Positions 1 to 9,839 of a stretch of DNA of 64,000 bases are shown one piece after another (positions within the stretch are counted from its first letter, which is position 1; the number at the start of each line of letters is the position of its first letter). Origin of the DNA: a virus (lineage: Duplodnaviria; Caudoviricetes); IMG/VR virus record IMGVR_UViG_3300036766_002286. One strand, 5' to 3'. Position numbers and translations under genes: made by a program. Under the pieces are notes generated by a model that was given only the letters and a program-made list of their open reading frames with translations, was not told where the DNA came from and searched no databases.

Positions 1-2466
1 TCATTTACTAACAGTACTCAACACATCAGGAATAACAGTTAACGGTTCTTGGTCGCATGACGTTATACTAAGCCCAAGACCAGCTGCCTCTACATCAATG
101 TTTGCTATCTGTCCGCTAAGCAATGTTGTATTCAGGATCATTTCGCTAAGCGGATCTTCAACCTGTGTAGTAATTAATCTTCTCAACGGACGTGCCCCTA
201 ATTGTTGGTCGTATCCATGTTCAGCGAGCCAGGCCTTAGCATCCTCAGTTATTTGTAAAGATAAGTTAATAGCCTTAAGTCGTAACGATACTTTGGCTAG
301 CATTATGTCTACTATTTCTAACATATGTGTTTTTTCTAGTTTATGGAAAACTACTATCTCATCAACACGGTTAAGGAACTCTGGCTTAAAACGTACTTTT
401 AAAGCTTCATTAATTTTCTCAGTAGTTCGTGCTCTATCGCCATTATTTGTACTTCGTCCGAAACCCATATCATTATTCTTAGAAATTTCACGAATTCCTA
501 GGTTACTGGTCATAATGACTATGACATTAGTAAAGTCAACTTTGCGTCCCTGTCCATCAGTTAGGCGCCCTTCTTCTAGTACTTGTAACATAGAATTGAA
601 TATTTCATCATTGGCTTTTTCTATTTCGTCTAATAATAGTACGCAATATGGTTTTTTACGTATTGCTTCAGTTAGTTGTCCGCCCGCATCAAATCCTACA
701 TATCCAGGAGGCGCTCCAAACAAACGACTTATTGAGTGCGCTTCGGCATATTCACTCATATCAAATACTACCAAAGCTTTTTCATCTCCGAACAGCTGTT
801 CTGCTAAAGCTTTAGCTAGTTCTGTTTTTCCAACACCGCTCGGTCCGGCAAATATAAAACTTCCAGCTGGCCTATTAGGATCTCGTAATCCTGCCCTTGA
901 CCGCCTAACTGCGCGACCAACCGCATTCAAAGTAGCGTCTTGTCCTACTACTCGCTTGCGTAGGGTTGTTTCTAAACCTAATAAACGCGCACCCTCTAAA
1001 GTATCGATAGTGGTGACAGGAATTCCTGTAATTTCCCCTATCAGTTCTGCTACATTTTCTCCATTAATAGTTCTAGAATCATCCAAAGAAAATTCACTTA
1101 AACGCATCTTTAATGCTGCAATATGCGCCTCTATGCTGGAGGTTTGTGGGTCTGTACTTTCTTGGGCTTTTTCAAGAAGTTTAAGATTCTCTTCTAGCTG
1201 TTTTGTTAAAGATTCTTTTTCCTGAGAATATTTACTTATTACTAACCTGGCTCCGGCCTCGTCTAGTAAGTCTACTGCTTTATCTGGCAGCTGTCTGCTA
1301 GTCATATATCTAGCACTTAAGGTAACTGCGGCTTCTATTGCTGAATCTTCAATAACTATATCATGATGTCTACTGATAGATTCACGCAATCCCTTAAGGA
1401 TATCTACAGCATGGGCATGTACTGGTTCATCTACAACAATAGGTGCAAATCTGCGAACAAGAGCTGCGTCTTTTTCAAAATATTTACGATATTCAGCTGT
1501 TGTTGTAGCTCCAATGGTGCGTATTTCTCCACGCGCAAGCATAGGCTTAAACAAAGCCGCTGCATCCATTGAAGACCCTTCAGCTGTTCCGGCGCCCACA
1601 AGTAAGTGTACTTCGTCTATAAATAAAATCGCATTGCCACGACTTTTAAGTTCACTAAGAATAGTTTTGACGCGCTCTTCAAAATCTCCTCTATATTTCG
1701 CACCAGCTAGCATACCAGCTAAGTCTAACTCTAAAATATCTATGCCTCTAAGTTGGACCGGTACCAGATTGTTAGCAATTAGTTGAGCTAAGCCTTCTAC
1801 TATAGCTGTTTTTCCTACTCCGGGTTCTCCTATCAGTACCGGATTATTTTTACTACGACGAACCAGTGTTTGCATAAGCCGTCTAATTTCTTTTTCGCGA
1901 CCGATCATAGGACTTAGTTCACCAAGCTTGGCTGCCTTGGTCAAATTGCGGGTGTACTTCTCCAATGCTCCCTTAGCTTTTGTACCTTTGGGTGCGCCAT
2001 GTGCTTCTAGGTTGGGCTGGGTATCTACGATTGCTTCTTCATTGTAATTTTCTAGGATAGCTGCACGTAACTCTACAACATTAGCACACAATGTAGTAAG
2101 TATCTGCCAACCAGCTCCCTCTCCTTCACGTAATAATCCGAGTAATAAATGCTCTGCACCAATATAAGGACTTCCTAAGTTTAGTGCTTCCCGCATCGAT
2201 AGTTCAAGAACTTTTTTTGCACGCGGAGTGAATGGTATACGCATAACAGTTTCTTCATCGCCTTCACCTACTATTTGTATTACCAATTCGAGCGCCTTGT
2301 CTACTGTAACACCTTTATTATGTAAAAGGCCCGCCACGACGGACGTGGTACCTAGTATTCCTAATAATAAATGTTCTGTGCCTATATAGTTATGTTTTAA
2401 TTCTATAGCTGCATCTTGCGACCTGGCCAATGCTTCTCTGGCTTCATCGTTACAATTCTCAAACAT
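1..2466 (-). CDS. clpC: ATP-dependent Clp protease ATP-binding subunit ClpC (Hsp100)
   Basis: Two Clp-N repeats ([22 protein letters not shown]), NBD1 [29 protein letters not shown]2 [23 protein letters not shown]. Confidence 0.95.
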   Translation of the reverse strand: MFENCNDEAREALARSQDAAIELKHNYIGTEHLLLGILGTTSVVAGLLHNKGVTVDKALELVIQIVGEGDEETVMRIPFTPRAKKVLELSMREALNLGSPYIGAEHLLLGLLREGEGAGWQILTTLCANVVELRAAILENYNEEAIVDTQPNLEAHGAPKGTKAKGALEKYTRNLTKAAKLGELSPMIGREKEIRRLMQTLVRRSKNNPVLIGEPGVGKTAIVEGLAQLIANNLVPVQLRGIDILELDLAGMLAGAKYRGDFEERVKTILSELKSRGNAILFIDEVHLLVGAGTAEGSSMDAAALFKPMLARGEIRTIGATTTAEYRKYFEKDAALVRRFAPIVVDEPVHAHAVDILKGLRESISRHHDIVIEDSAIEAAVTLSARYMTSRQLPDKAVDLLDEAGARLVISKYSQEKESLTKQLEENLKLLEKAQESTDPQTSSIEAHIAALKMRLSEFSLDDSRTINGENVAELIGEITGIPVTTIDTLEGARLLGLETTLRKRVVGQDATLNAVGRAVRRSRAGLRDPNRPAGSFIFAGPSGVGKTELAKALAEQLFGDEKALVVFDMSEYAEAHSISRLFGAPPGYVGFDAGGQLTEAIRKKPYCVLLLDEIEKANDEIFNSMLQVLEEGRLTDGQGRKVDFTNVIVIMTSNLGIREISKNNDMGFGRSTNNGDRARTTEKINEALKVRFKPEFLNRVDEIVVFHKLEKTHMLEIVDIMLAKVSLRLKAINLSLQITEDAKAWLAEHGYDQQLGARPLRRLITTQVEDPLSEMILNTTLLSGQIANIDVEAAGLGLSITSCDQEPLTVIPDVLSTVSK

Positions 2467-2717
2467 GTGATAATACCTCTCTTTTCTATTATATATAGTG
2501 CTTAATTATAAATTCCGTGCATTCTCTGGAAATACTCATTTTATTCATTTTTATTAAATTACATTATATAGCGATATTTACCATATATACTATCACAAAA
2601 ACTAGTAAGATATATGTCACAGTGCTTCTTATAATAATTATTTTAGATAACAATACCAAGAGTACGCCAATTCGTCTGTTTTAGCAGTTAATGGTCCGAT
2701 CCTGCACTAGTACCTAT

Positions 2718-3785
2718 ATGTCTACTCAAATGTCTTATCTAAAGCCTAAAAAACTTACTCCAGCAGTTGTTAAAGGTACTGGTTTAGAATTTCTTGATGA
2801 AGGTTCTCTCGTTGCAATAGAAAACGTAGGAGAAGATATGCCCAGTGGAGCTATGATAATATTGGCTTCATCTTTTTTTGATGTAAGCGTTGCTGCCGGG
2901 ACCTGGATTGCATACACTATTTTAGGTCCGCATGCCGCAGTTGATTTTGTTTATGCCAAACCACAGACAGACAAGTGGGTAGTAGATGAGCTACTAGCAA
3001 TACTAGATGTATTAAAACACTATCCGGACTATCGTCATGTTATTTTACTAACAGAGGCTCAAAGTTTAGACGCTCGGGCCTGGGATCGCCTACTAGTAGT
3101 TGCAGAAGAACCAAGCTCTCCTTTACTGTTAATATTAACAGTAAACAATACCGCACTACTGCCAGCAACTATACGAAGTAGAGCTGCAGATATTATAGAT
3201 CTGCATCTTATAACCCCCGACCAGCGCGCCAATATTTTGGCCCGCGACGGCGTAACAAATGCAGCAGCTCAGGAAGCTGTAAGCCTTGCTGGCACACAAC
3301 CGACCTTGGCTTCTTTATTTGCCTTAAGTCATCCACTTAGAATTTTTGCACGTAATGCTTTAAGCTCAAATTTAGCAGTTGACCTACCAGGTATAGCCGC
3401 GATTGAAAAACTAAACACACTCAATGCTCTAGCTAGAGTATTGTGTAAACAACAGGTGATTAATAATAAAGATCCAGCAGACAAATCTCCAGATCTAAAA
3501 CCCTTAAAGGATTTTAGTAAGTCCGTACGTTTCGATGAATTAGATTCTAATGAAAAAGATATGTTACGTGTCCTTTTAGCCTTATGGTGTGCTAATAGGC
3601 GTAGTTTACTTTTAGATCTTCTAAATACGACAGACTCTTCAATCAGCCAATCATTATTTTTATCGTTGCAGCAATTAGAACGCTTTGAGATGTTGTTACG
3701 TATTCCTGTAACGCCTCCTGTTGCTCTAAGTGCTCTTTTCGCGACCACTCCAGATATGACATCTAAAACTAAGCCAAAAAAGTAG
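2718..3785 (+). CDS. Degenerate DNA polymerase III delta-prime (HolB)-like clamp-loader subunit
   Basis: HVILLTEAQSL...AWDRLLVVAEEP...LLPATIRSR resembles the delta' core (DEAH..., ANALLKxLEEP, LLPTIRSR); no Walker A/Zn module. Start moved from 2691 to ATG 2718 because of a leaderless-type -10 just upstream. Confidence 0.7.
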   Translation: MSTQMSYLKPKKLTPAVVKGTGLEFLDEGSLVAIENVGEDMPSGAMIILASSFFDVSVAAGTWIAYTILGPHAAVDFVYAKPQTDKWVVDELLAILDVLKHYPDYRHVILLTEAQSLDARAWDRLLVVAEEPSSPLLLILTVNNTALLPATIRSRAADIIDLHLITPDQRANILARDGVTNAAAQEAVSLAGTQPTLASLFALSHPLRIFARNALSSNLAVDLPGIAAIEKLNTLNALARVLCKQQVINNKDPADKSPDLKPLKDFSKSVRFDELDSNEKDMLRVLLALWCANRRSLLLDLLNTTDSSISQSLFLSLQQLERFEMLLRIPVTPPVALSALFATTPDMTSKTKPKK

Positions 3786-3826
3786 CCTACTTGTCTATTT
3801 TGGCTTTTAACATACAATAATACAAC
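3783..3826 (+). promoter_or_regulatory. Leaderless sigma70-type promoter TTGTCT-16-TACAAT, 8 nt before ATG; upstream TAGCCTACTTG repeated at 4754-4764
   Basis: Direct reading; same architecture recurs at many genes in the window. Confidence 0.6.
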
Positions 3827-4714
3827 ATGGCTGATCTCGATACAAAAGTATCAAAACCTATTATATATGTGGGCATTGAGCCTCTTCGTCGTGTATTTAT
3901 GCCAGCCATGCTAGAGAATCAAACTTTAGTGGACTGCTCACAAGAAGACTGGATCGACGCTGCTAGTAATCTTGGGTTATTCCAGACAACCTTACATCTT
4001 ATAAATATGGAACATTTAGATGAAGCCCAAATCAGAACAGCCTCCAAACTGCTCGCAACCTCGCCTTTAAATACTGGTCAAGCAGAAAAGCTCCTAGCTA
4101 AGCCAGAAAAAATTCTTAGTGCATGCACAACCATAAAATCTATAACTTTAAAGAGAAATGATCTAAATATTAAACTCTGGCAACAAGTTGGCAGCGCTTT
4201 GGGTATTAACCTTAATGTTACAGCCGCAACAGAATTAAGTAACAAGCTTAATTCTGATCCCGCGCGTGCAGTTGGAGTACTGTCTGCATTAGCAGCAGGA
4301 AAATATTTACAACCCACAGTTGGACAAGTCAAAATGTTAAGCGGCAGCACTTCTGATATAGGTCTTCCTTGGACACTGCTTGCGCATTTAGAAAATCACC
4401 GGTTTCAAGACGCAAAAGATTTAATTACTCAAGTTGAAGCAATCCCTACTATTGCTTTTATAGCAAAAAGATTATATACGGCCATGCTGTTATCTGAAAA
4501 AACTAATATTACTCAATTAGAACTAACAGCTTTACTCGGAGACGTTTCTCCTTATGTTCAAAAGCAAGCCAACACGCTCGCCAAACGTATGGGACATGCT
4601 CCGTTATGTGAGATTCTAAATGTTGCAGCGACTGCTGACAAGTTAGCTAAAAGAAGCCAGCCTGCAGCAGGCCTGGCTTTGCTGGTCGGCCGCCTGACCT
4701 TAGCTTTGAGCTAA
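3827..4714 (+). CDS. DNA polymerase III delta (HolA)-like protein
   Basis: Size, position next to delta'-like gene, 'NLGLF' and C-terminal 'SPYVQKQA...ADKLAK...LALLV' resemble HolA; weak. Confidence 0.55.
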   Translation: MADLDTKVSKPIIYVGIEPLRRVFMPAMLENQTLVDCSQEDWIDAASNLGLFQTTLHLINMEHLDEAQIRTASKLLATSPLNTGQAEKLLAKPEKILSACTTIKSITLKRNDLNIKLWQQVGSALGINLNVTAATELSNKLNSDPARAVGVLSALAAGKYLQPTVGQVKMLSGSTSDIGLPWTLLAHLENHRFQDAKDLITQVEAIPTIAFIAKRLYTAMLLSEKTNITQLELTALLGDVSPYVQKQANTLAKRMGHAPLCEILNVAATADKLAKRSQPAAGLALLVGRLTLALS

Positions 4715-4796
4715 AGTTCGATAGATTTTTCTTTTAGCTAAAACCTAAAAAACTAGCCTACTTGCTCTTATTTTAAAAGCGCGAACTGTATAGGGC

Positions 4797-6053
4797 ATGA
4801 ATAAGCATACTAGAAGTACTACTTCCACCTGCCCAGATATGGCAGGAGACTTGGAACGAGTTATATTTATAGCGCACAAGTGTGCTGCTGTCTTAAAAAA
4901 ACTAGGAACACATAATACCTACCCCCTTATTTGTAGTGACTTAGCTAAAAAAATAAAGCTGCTCAAAGATACTGATGACATTTCTCAAGCAATATGTACT
5001 GCTCTTTCCGCCACCGTGAATGACATTTTAAATATTCAGCAAACAGCCATTATACAACAACTCTCGAGCGACACCGACATTTCTGCCATCGATCTTAAAT
5101 GTACTGCAGGCCTAATTTCAGCTTTGCAATTTGATGGACACAAAGTAACCTCGCTAGGCGGCATCCAATCTTTACCAGGTACTTTAATAGTCTTATCTGT
5201 AATTCAAATTCAAGAAATAAATATAGCGATTCAAAATATACAAAACGGTTCTTTTGCCTCCGAGCTTACTTGCCTGTGGAAGACAGTAAAAGTGTCCGGT
5301 AACACTTTTGATGGGGTAATTATTGGGGAAAATTCAGACAGTTTGATATCACAGATAGGCTGGGATCTTATTCGTCTAGAAAGTGTAAAACACGTAAATT
5401 TAGTTTGGCATCAAGTAAATAAGCTTACTCGTAGTTATCATGATACTGAGCCAGGAGATCTGCTTACTTGGGGATGGCTGGGACTGCGTACCGCACTAAG
5501 ATATTATAACCCAAGATTAGGATTTGCATTCTCCACTTATGCATGTACTCGCATTGTCGGATCTATACGTGATGGCATAAGAGCAGAAAGTCCAGTTCCT
5601 AAAAGACTACAAGCACTCACCAGGCGTGCTAGTTTAGTAGAAGTAGAACTTACTCAAACCCTCGGGCGCATACCTACTCTAAAAGAAGTTGGCCTGGCAG
5701 CTGATTTAGAAATACAACAATTAGATCTCATAAAACGCACGCGTCAAAGCGCTTCTTTGGACGAAATGGCCTCAACTCTAGAGGGGCGAACTTCGCACAT
5801 GTGGATGTTGGATTCAACGGACGTAGAGGAAGTCGTCATAGGGCAATTAGACAAAGAGTATATAGCGCAGGCTCTAGATAAACTAATACCAGACGATGCT
5901 GCTGTCATTCGTTTACTAATCTTAGAGGGCGTGTCAACTGCTGACGCCTGCACGCTTTTGGGCACTACTGCAAGACAATTGCGAAAGTGTCGGGATCGTG
6001 GGATTGCTGCTTTACGTTTAGACCTTGAGTCAATGTACACAACCTCTAAATAA
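4797..6053 (+). CDS. Sigma-70 family RNA polymerase sigma factor (FliA/WhiG/SigF-like) with long N-terminal extension
   Basis: Region 2 'WLGLRTALRYYNPRLGFAFSTYACTRIVGSIRD', region 3 'LGRIPTLKEVG', region 4 'ALDKL...IRLLILEG...LLGTTARQLR'. Confidence 0.85.
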   Translation: MNKHTRSTTSTCPDMAGDLERVIFIAHKCAAVLKKLGTHNTYPLICSDLAKKIKLLKDTDDISQAICTALSATVNDILNIQQTAIIQQLSSDTDISAIDLKCTAGLISALQFDGHKVTSLGGIQSLPGTLIVLSVIQIQEINIAIQNIQNGSFASELTCLWKTVKVSGNTFDGVIIGENSDSLISQIGWDLIRLESVKHVNLVWHQVNKLTRSYHDTEPGDLLTWGWLGLRTALRYYNPRLGFAFSTYACTRIVGSIRDGIRAESPVPKRLQALTRRASLVEVELTQTLGRIPTLKEVGLAADLEIQQLDLIKRTRQSASLDEMASTLEGRTSHMWMLDSTDVEEVVIGQLDKEYIAQALDKLIPDDAAVIRLLILEGVSTADACTLLGTTARQLRKCRDRGIAALRLDLESMYTTSK

Positions 6054-6159
6054 GTATATAATACCAAAACCAGTGCTAACTATAGCTTTAAACTTGCTCG
6101 CGCCAATAGTAAATCATTAAACACATCTATTTAGATCCCGCTTTTATGAAAGGTGGAAT

Positions 6160-7419
6160 ATGAATAATATAGAACTTATACGTAAATGTCTAAGTTACGA
6201 CACATCCGAATGGACAGATCCTAATACTAAATGGTATTCAAACGGGTTGCGTGGACATTTACACACAAACGGGAATTGCTGGAAAACAGCAAATGCTAAA
6301 AACTTCATGACCAGAACAATGAGTTTTGTTGATGCGCTAGCTTCACACACCTTATGTTCGAGCTGTACGCAACAGGGGAATTCAAGGTTTACTTCCGAGC
6401 AAGCTCAAATATTTGGCGTCGCTACCATTCTGGCTGAAGTTGCACAAAACGTACAAACAATAAATGTTTTGAATGCTTTCCCCCAACCGCTGCATGGCTA
6501 TCCAGTTTTAAACATGCTTCGCAAACATTTTGCCTACTCTAATCTTCTAGGTAAAATAGACGATGCACAGCGTGATACCTATGTATTATTACCATGGTGC
6601 ACAGAACTCAGAGACAAACTGACCACCGCTCTGGAACAGAACAGATCAGATCTCGATCCTAGTACGGAAGCCATTAAATTTGCTTCTTTAAGTATTTTAG
6701 AAAGAGAACTATCTAACTCATCTGGAACTTTTTTTGGCGGTCAGATAGCCAAAGCAGTGTGCGGGGACGAATATTCAAGCCCGCTTGCTCAACTTTGTAA
6801 CCTATGGCTTAAAACAATGCATGAAAATGCAGACGTTGATTTCGACGCGGTTCGCTCAAAAGTTTTCGATGAGAACACCATTTCCGGAATTATTGGTAAT
6901 GGCAATGATAAACACTTAACTTACAAAAATATGGGATTTGTTTCCAACATTGCACATGTTGTAGGTGAGACTCAGTGGCAGTATTCTTTTCGTGCTTGGC
7001 AAACAAAAGTACATGAAATTGCAGACACAGTAGTAACCTTATGGGAAAAGCGTTATAATGATCTTGTAAGTGATACGACTCCAGTTGTTATAGCACAGTC
7101 AGGTGTAAAGGACCCGCGAAATAACGACAGCAATATGCTTGCACCAAATTCTATTTTATGTGCACAATCGTGGGTATTACATGGCAGTGCTCTTAAATCT
7201 GTTATGATTTGTCCGCGCGTAATAGCAACCTTTGTCCAAAATGGCTCTACTTATAGTTCTACTTATAGTAAGGCCAACTGGTCACAGGTAACTGTTCCAG
7301 GAATTATTCCTAATCGTGAATGTTTAGAGATAGCATTAACATTGTGGAAACCAGGCGACGAGCGGTCTATGTATAATAAATTCGAAGCAGCATATCGTTC
7401 GGCAGAAGCCTTGCAATAA
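6160..7419 (+). CDS. Hypothetical protein with possible N-terminal His/Cys metal-binding motif
   Basis: 419-aa ORF with SD (aaaggtgg); HLHTNGNC...CSSC; followed by a terminator. Confidence 0.7.
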   Translation: MNNIELIRKCLSYDTSEWTDPNTKWYSNGLRGHLHTNGNCWKTANAKNFMTRTMSFVDALASHTLCSSCTQQGNSRFTSEQAQIFGVATILAEVAQNVQTINVLNAFPQPLHGYPVLNMLRKHFAYSNLLGKIDDAQRDTYVLLPWCTELRDKLTTALEQNRSDLDPSTEAIKFASLSILERELSNSSGTFFGGQIAKAVCGDEYSSPLAQLCNLWLKTMHENADVDFDAVRSKVFDENTISGIIGNGNDKHLTYKNMGFVSNIAHVVGETQWQYSFRAWQTKVHEIADTVVTLWEKRYNDLVSDTTPVVIAQSGVKDPRNNDSNMLAPNSILCAQSWVLHGSALKSVMICPRVIATFVQNGSTYSSTYSKANWSQVTVPGIIPNRECLEIALTLWKPGDERSMYNKFEAAYRSAEALQ

Positions 7420-7421
7420 AG

Positions 7422-7462
7422 AAAGCACCAGAGTAGATAACAGTCTCTTCTGGTGCTTTTTT
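7422..7462 (+). terminator. Rho-independent terminator
   Basis: AAAGCACCAGA...TCTGGTGCTTT stem followed by T-tract. Confidence 0.75.
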
Positions 7463-7476
7463 ATTTACTATTTTAC

Positions 7477-8736
7477 CCCGAGAAGGCCCTTGCCTTTAGA
7501 CGTGGGTATGCATTTCTCTGATTTGCGACATACTGTTATTATATTGCAATGTGTGTTACGGTCGTAAATGTGAAAGAAACTGTCCGTTACAACTACCGTC
7601 TACGTCCCTCTGACGCCGTGGAACGTGCCTTGCTGACTGAATGGAGTCGGTGCCGATGGGTGTGGAACGAAAGCGTGGCAACACTACAAAAGCATAAGAT
7701 ATGGGTTAAAAGCACGGATCTGACTGCGTGGAGAGCGCAATATGACTGGCTGCGAGCAGGCAGCAGTGTCGCCCAACAACAGATAATGCGCGAGTTCGCA
7801 ACGAAACGAGCTAAAAGTAAAGGTCGCCGAAAGTTTAAAGCTGACCGCAAAACTTTACCTAGTTTGAACTATGTACGGACAGGGTTTTCGGTCAAAGATG
7901 GCCGCCTCAAAATTGCGGGAGGTCATATCATTCCGGTTGTATGGTCACGTGAATTTCCTAGTAGTCCGACCTCAGTGCGTATCTACCGGGACACCCTCGG
8001 ACATTGGTATGCGTCGTTCGTTGTTGAACGCGAAATAAATGTTCCCCCACAAACAGAAAAAAATGATTGGCATTGACTGGGGTGTGAAAACGATAGCCAC
8101 AACAACCGATCCTACTTACGATCTACTGGCAACGGGCTATGGAAAACGTTCTGCGTCACTGTTGGCCTGTTCTCAGCGGAAAATGGCCCGGCGACGCCCA
8201 ATGCCTGGCAAAAAATCGTCTAACGGGCACAGGGAAGCAAAAAAACAGACTGCAAGAATTGCCAAAAAGGTCGCCCGACAACGTAAAGACACCGTTGTAA
8301 AATGGGTGAAACGTGTCGTAGATAATCACTGTTTGATCGCTGTCGAAAATTTCAAACCGGCATTTTTAGCAAAATCATCGATGGCCCGCAAAGCCGCCGA
8401 CAATAGTATTGGGTTAACGAAAAGAGAACTTATTTATCGTGCCAAGCGGGTGGGCCGGGAGGTGGTAATGGTCTCTCCCGCATATACAACAATGACATGT
8501 GAAAAATGTTTGACGAGAACCAAGTCAAGAATTTCGCTGTCTCAACGAATCTTTCTGTGTTGGTTCTGTGGTCACACCGCAGATCGTGACAGGAATGCCG
8601 CGGGAACGATTCTCGCCACGGCTGGGCTGTACCGTGTTAGCGCTGACGCTGTAAGACATCTCATCTTTTCTTCGGAAAAGAGACAGATGCTAGCTGAGTT
8701 AGGAATCCCCCGGCTTTAGCCGTGGGGAGCGGTCAA
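7477..8736 (+). mobile_element. IS200/IS605-family (IS1341-like, tnpB-only) insertion sequence
   Basis: Preceded by TTAC (7473-7476); left-end hairpin 'aaggcccttgcctttagacgtggg'; right end 'gaatcccccggctttagccgtggggagcggTCAA'; TTAC/TCAA and GAAT match IS608-type cleavage and guide motifs; contains tnpB only. Confidence 0.85.
7549..8719 (+). pseudogene. tnpB: TnpB RNA-guided endonuclease split by a +1 frameshift in an A7 run (~8057-8063)
   Basis: ORF 7549-8076 has HTH/WED 'YNYRLRPS...RWVWNE...GHWYASFVVE'; ORF 8039-8719 has RuvC IGIDWG, AVENF, DRDRNAA and Zn ribbon CEKC/CWFC; deleting one A fuses them (TEKMIGIDWG). Confidence 0.85.
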
Positions 8737-9224
8737 AAAATACTCAAAGCAACTATTTGCAACAACGCTCCATAGGCACCGAATTTCGTGTCTATTCCTC
8801 CAGCTAGCATATCTGAGCCCGCCCGCATTAGTACTAAACCCGCCGCATCAGGACACACAATTTCGGCCCAGGCAGCGTGTTCGTCTGCCAACCTAAGTGA
8901 CTTAGGAGAATCTGCGAAATTTGAATCTAAAATTTCAGATCCTGCCCCCGGGTATCCAGCTGCTCTAGCTAAGCTAGCACTAAGCACGCTCACTGCGGCT
9001 TTACCATATCGTTTAGGGTTATTTAAAGAACTTGCTCCAACTATGGCAGCCCACGCATCCGCGCCCAGCACTGCTGCTGCCATATCTACTCTGCCGCAAT
9101 CAAGCAGCTTTACTCCACATTTTGTAGCCAATGCGCGCAACAACGCTCCAGCTTGAGTTATAGGAACTTTAGGGGATCCAAAACGAGTAACCTCTTTTTT
9201 CATGGCTGGTTGGTTATGCGGCAT
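8733..9224 (-). CDS. Hypothetical protein; its stop codon is supplied by the IS right end
   Basis: 163-aa Ala-rich ORF with leaderless-type -10 (TAATAT-6-ATG); TGA is the complement of TCA in the IS end TCAA. Confidence 0.6.
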   Translation of the reverse strand: MPHNQPAMKKEVTRFGSPKVPITQAGALLRALATKCGVKLLDCGRVDMAAAVLGADAWAAIVGASSLNNPKRYGKAAVSVLSASLARAAGYPGAGSEILDSNFADSPKSLRLADEHAAWAEIVCPDAAGLVLMRAGSDMLAGGIDTKFGAYGALLQIVALSIF

Positions 9225-9286
9225 GTTGGCATATTAACAGTTTCGGACCTGTTTTACGTCTGGTATATAGCATCGCGCATGCTTGT

Positions 9287-9742
9287 TTACGCTGGTGAGA
9301 AAATAAAAGCATCCAGGTCAAGCCCCGCTAATTTTTCTTTTATAAGAGGTTCCACATCTCTCCAATGTAGCCCACCAAGCCCACAACCAAGTGGTGGTAT
9401 TGCCATAGACTTTATACTTAGCTCAGTAATTACCCGTCTCAAATCATCTAAACCTACAGCTATATCGTTAATATTACTATCTAGTCGCCAGTGACTTTTT
9501 GTAGGAAAATTGATAATATAGTGAACCCCAAGTAGTGAATTAATTTCGAATATGAACATGCAACCAAGGCACACTTTCCCATTTTTACAGGCTTGCTCAT
9601 AGGCTTTAAAATTGTCGGGAAAAGCGCGTTTAAACTGCAAAGCCAGGCCTTTTCCCATTACCCCTACGGTGTTTACGGTATTTATAATAGCGTCACACGG
9701 GCTTTCAAGAAGATTTCCAGAGGCATCAATAAAGGTAGTCAT
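9287..9742 (-). CDS. Stand-alone DarG-type macrodomain (ADP-ribose glycohydrolase)
   Basis: NTVNTVGVMGKGLALQFK, IINFPTKSHWR, AIPPLGCGLGGL are DarG macrodomain signatures; lacks DarG C-terminal domain. Confidence 0.9.
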   Translation of the reverse strand: MTTFIDASGNLLESPCDAIINTVNTVGVMGKGLALQFKRAFPDNFKAYEQACKNGKVCLGCMFIFEINSLLGVHYIINFPTKSHWRLDSNINDIAVGLDDLRRVITELSIKSMAIPPLGCGLGGLHWRDVEPLIKEKLAGLDLDAFIFSPA

Positions 9743-9839
9743 TTTATAATAACTATAAGCGCTTTTTACTATAATATCTTAAAATACTTAAATTTTTTAT
9801 GTGTGTGCCATAATTAAAAGTGTCTGCACAGTATATAAT

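Noticed and set aside
98-1786. Long plus-strand ORFs (98-1225, 1514-1786) and similar antisense ORFs throughout the track
   Set aside because: Shadows of well-supported genes on the opposite strand (ClpC, FtsH, AAA ATPase, PolA); no motifs or start signals
8733-9224. DarT toxin partner for the macrodomain
   Set aside because: No DarT motifs (YHFTH, FYF, QAE); Ala-rich helical sequence
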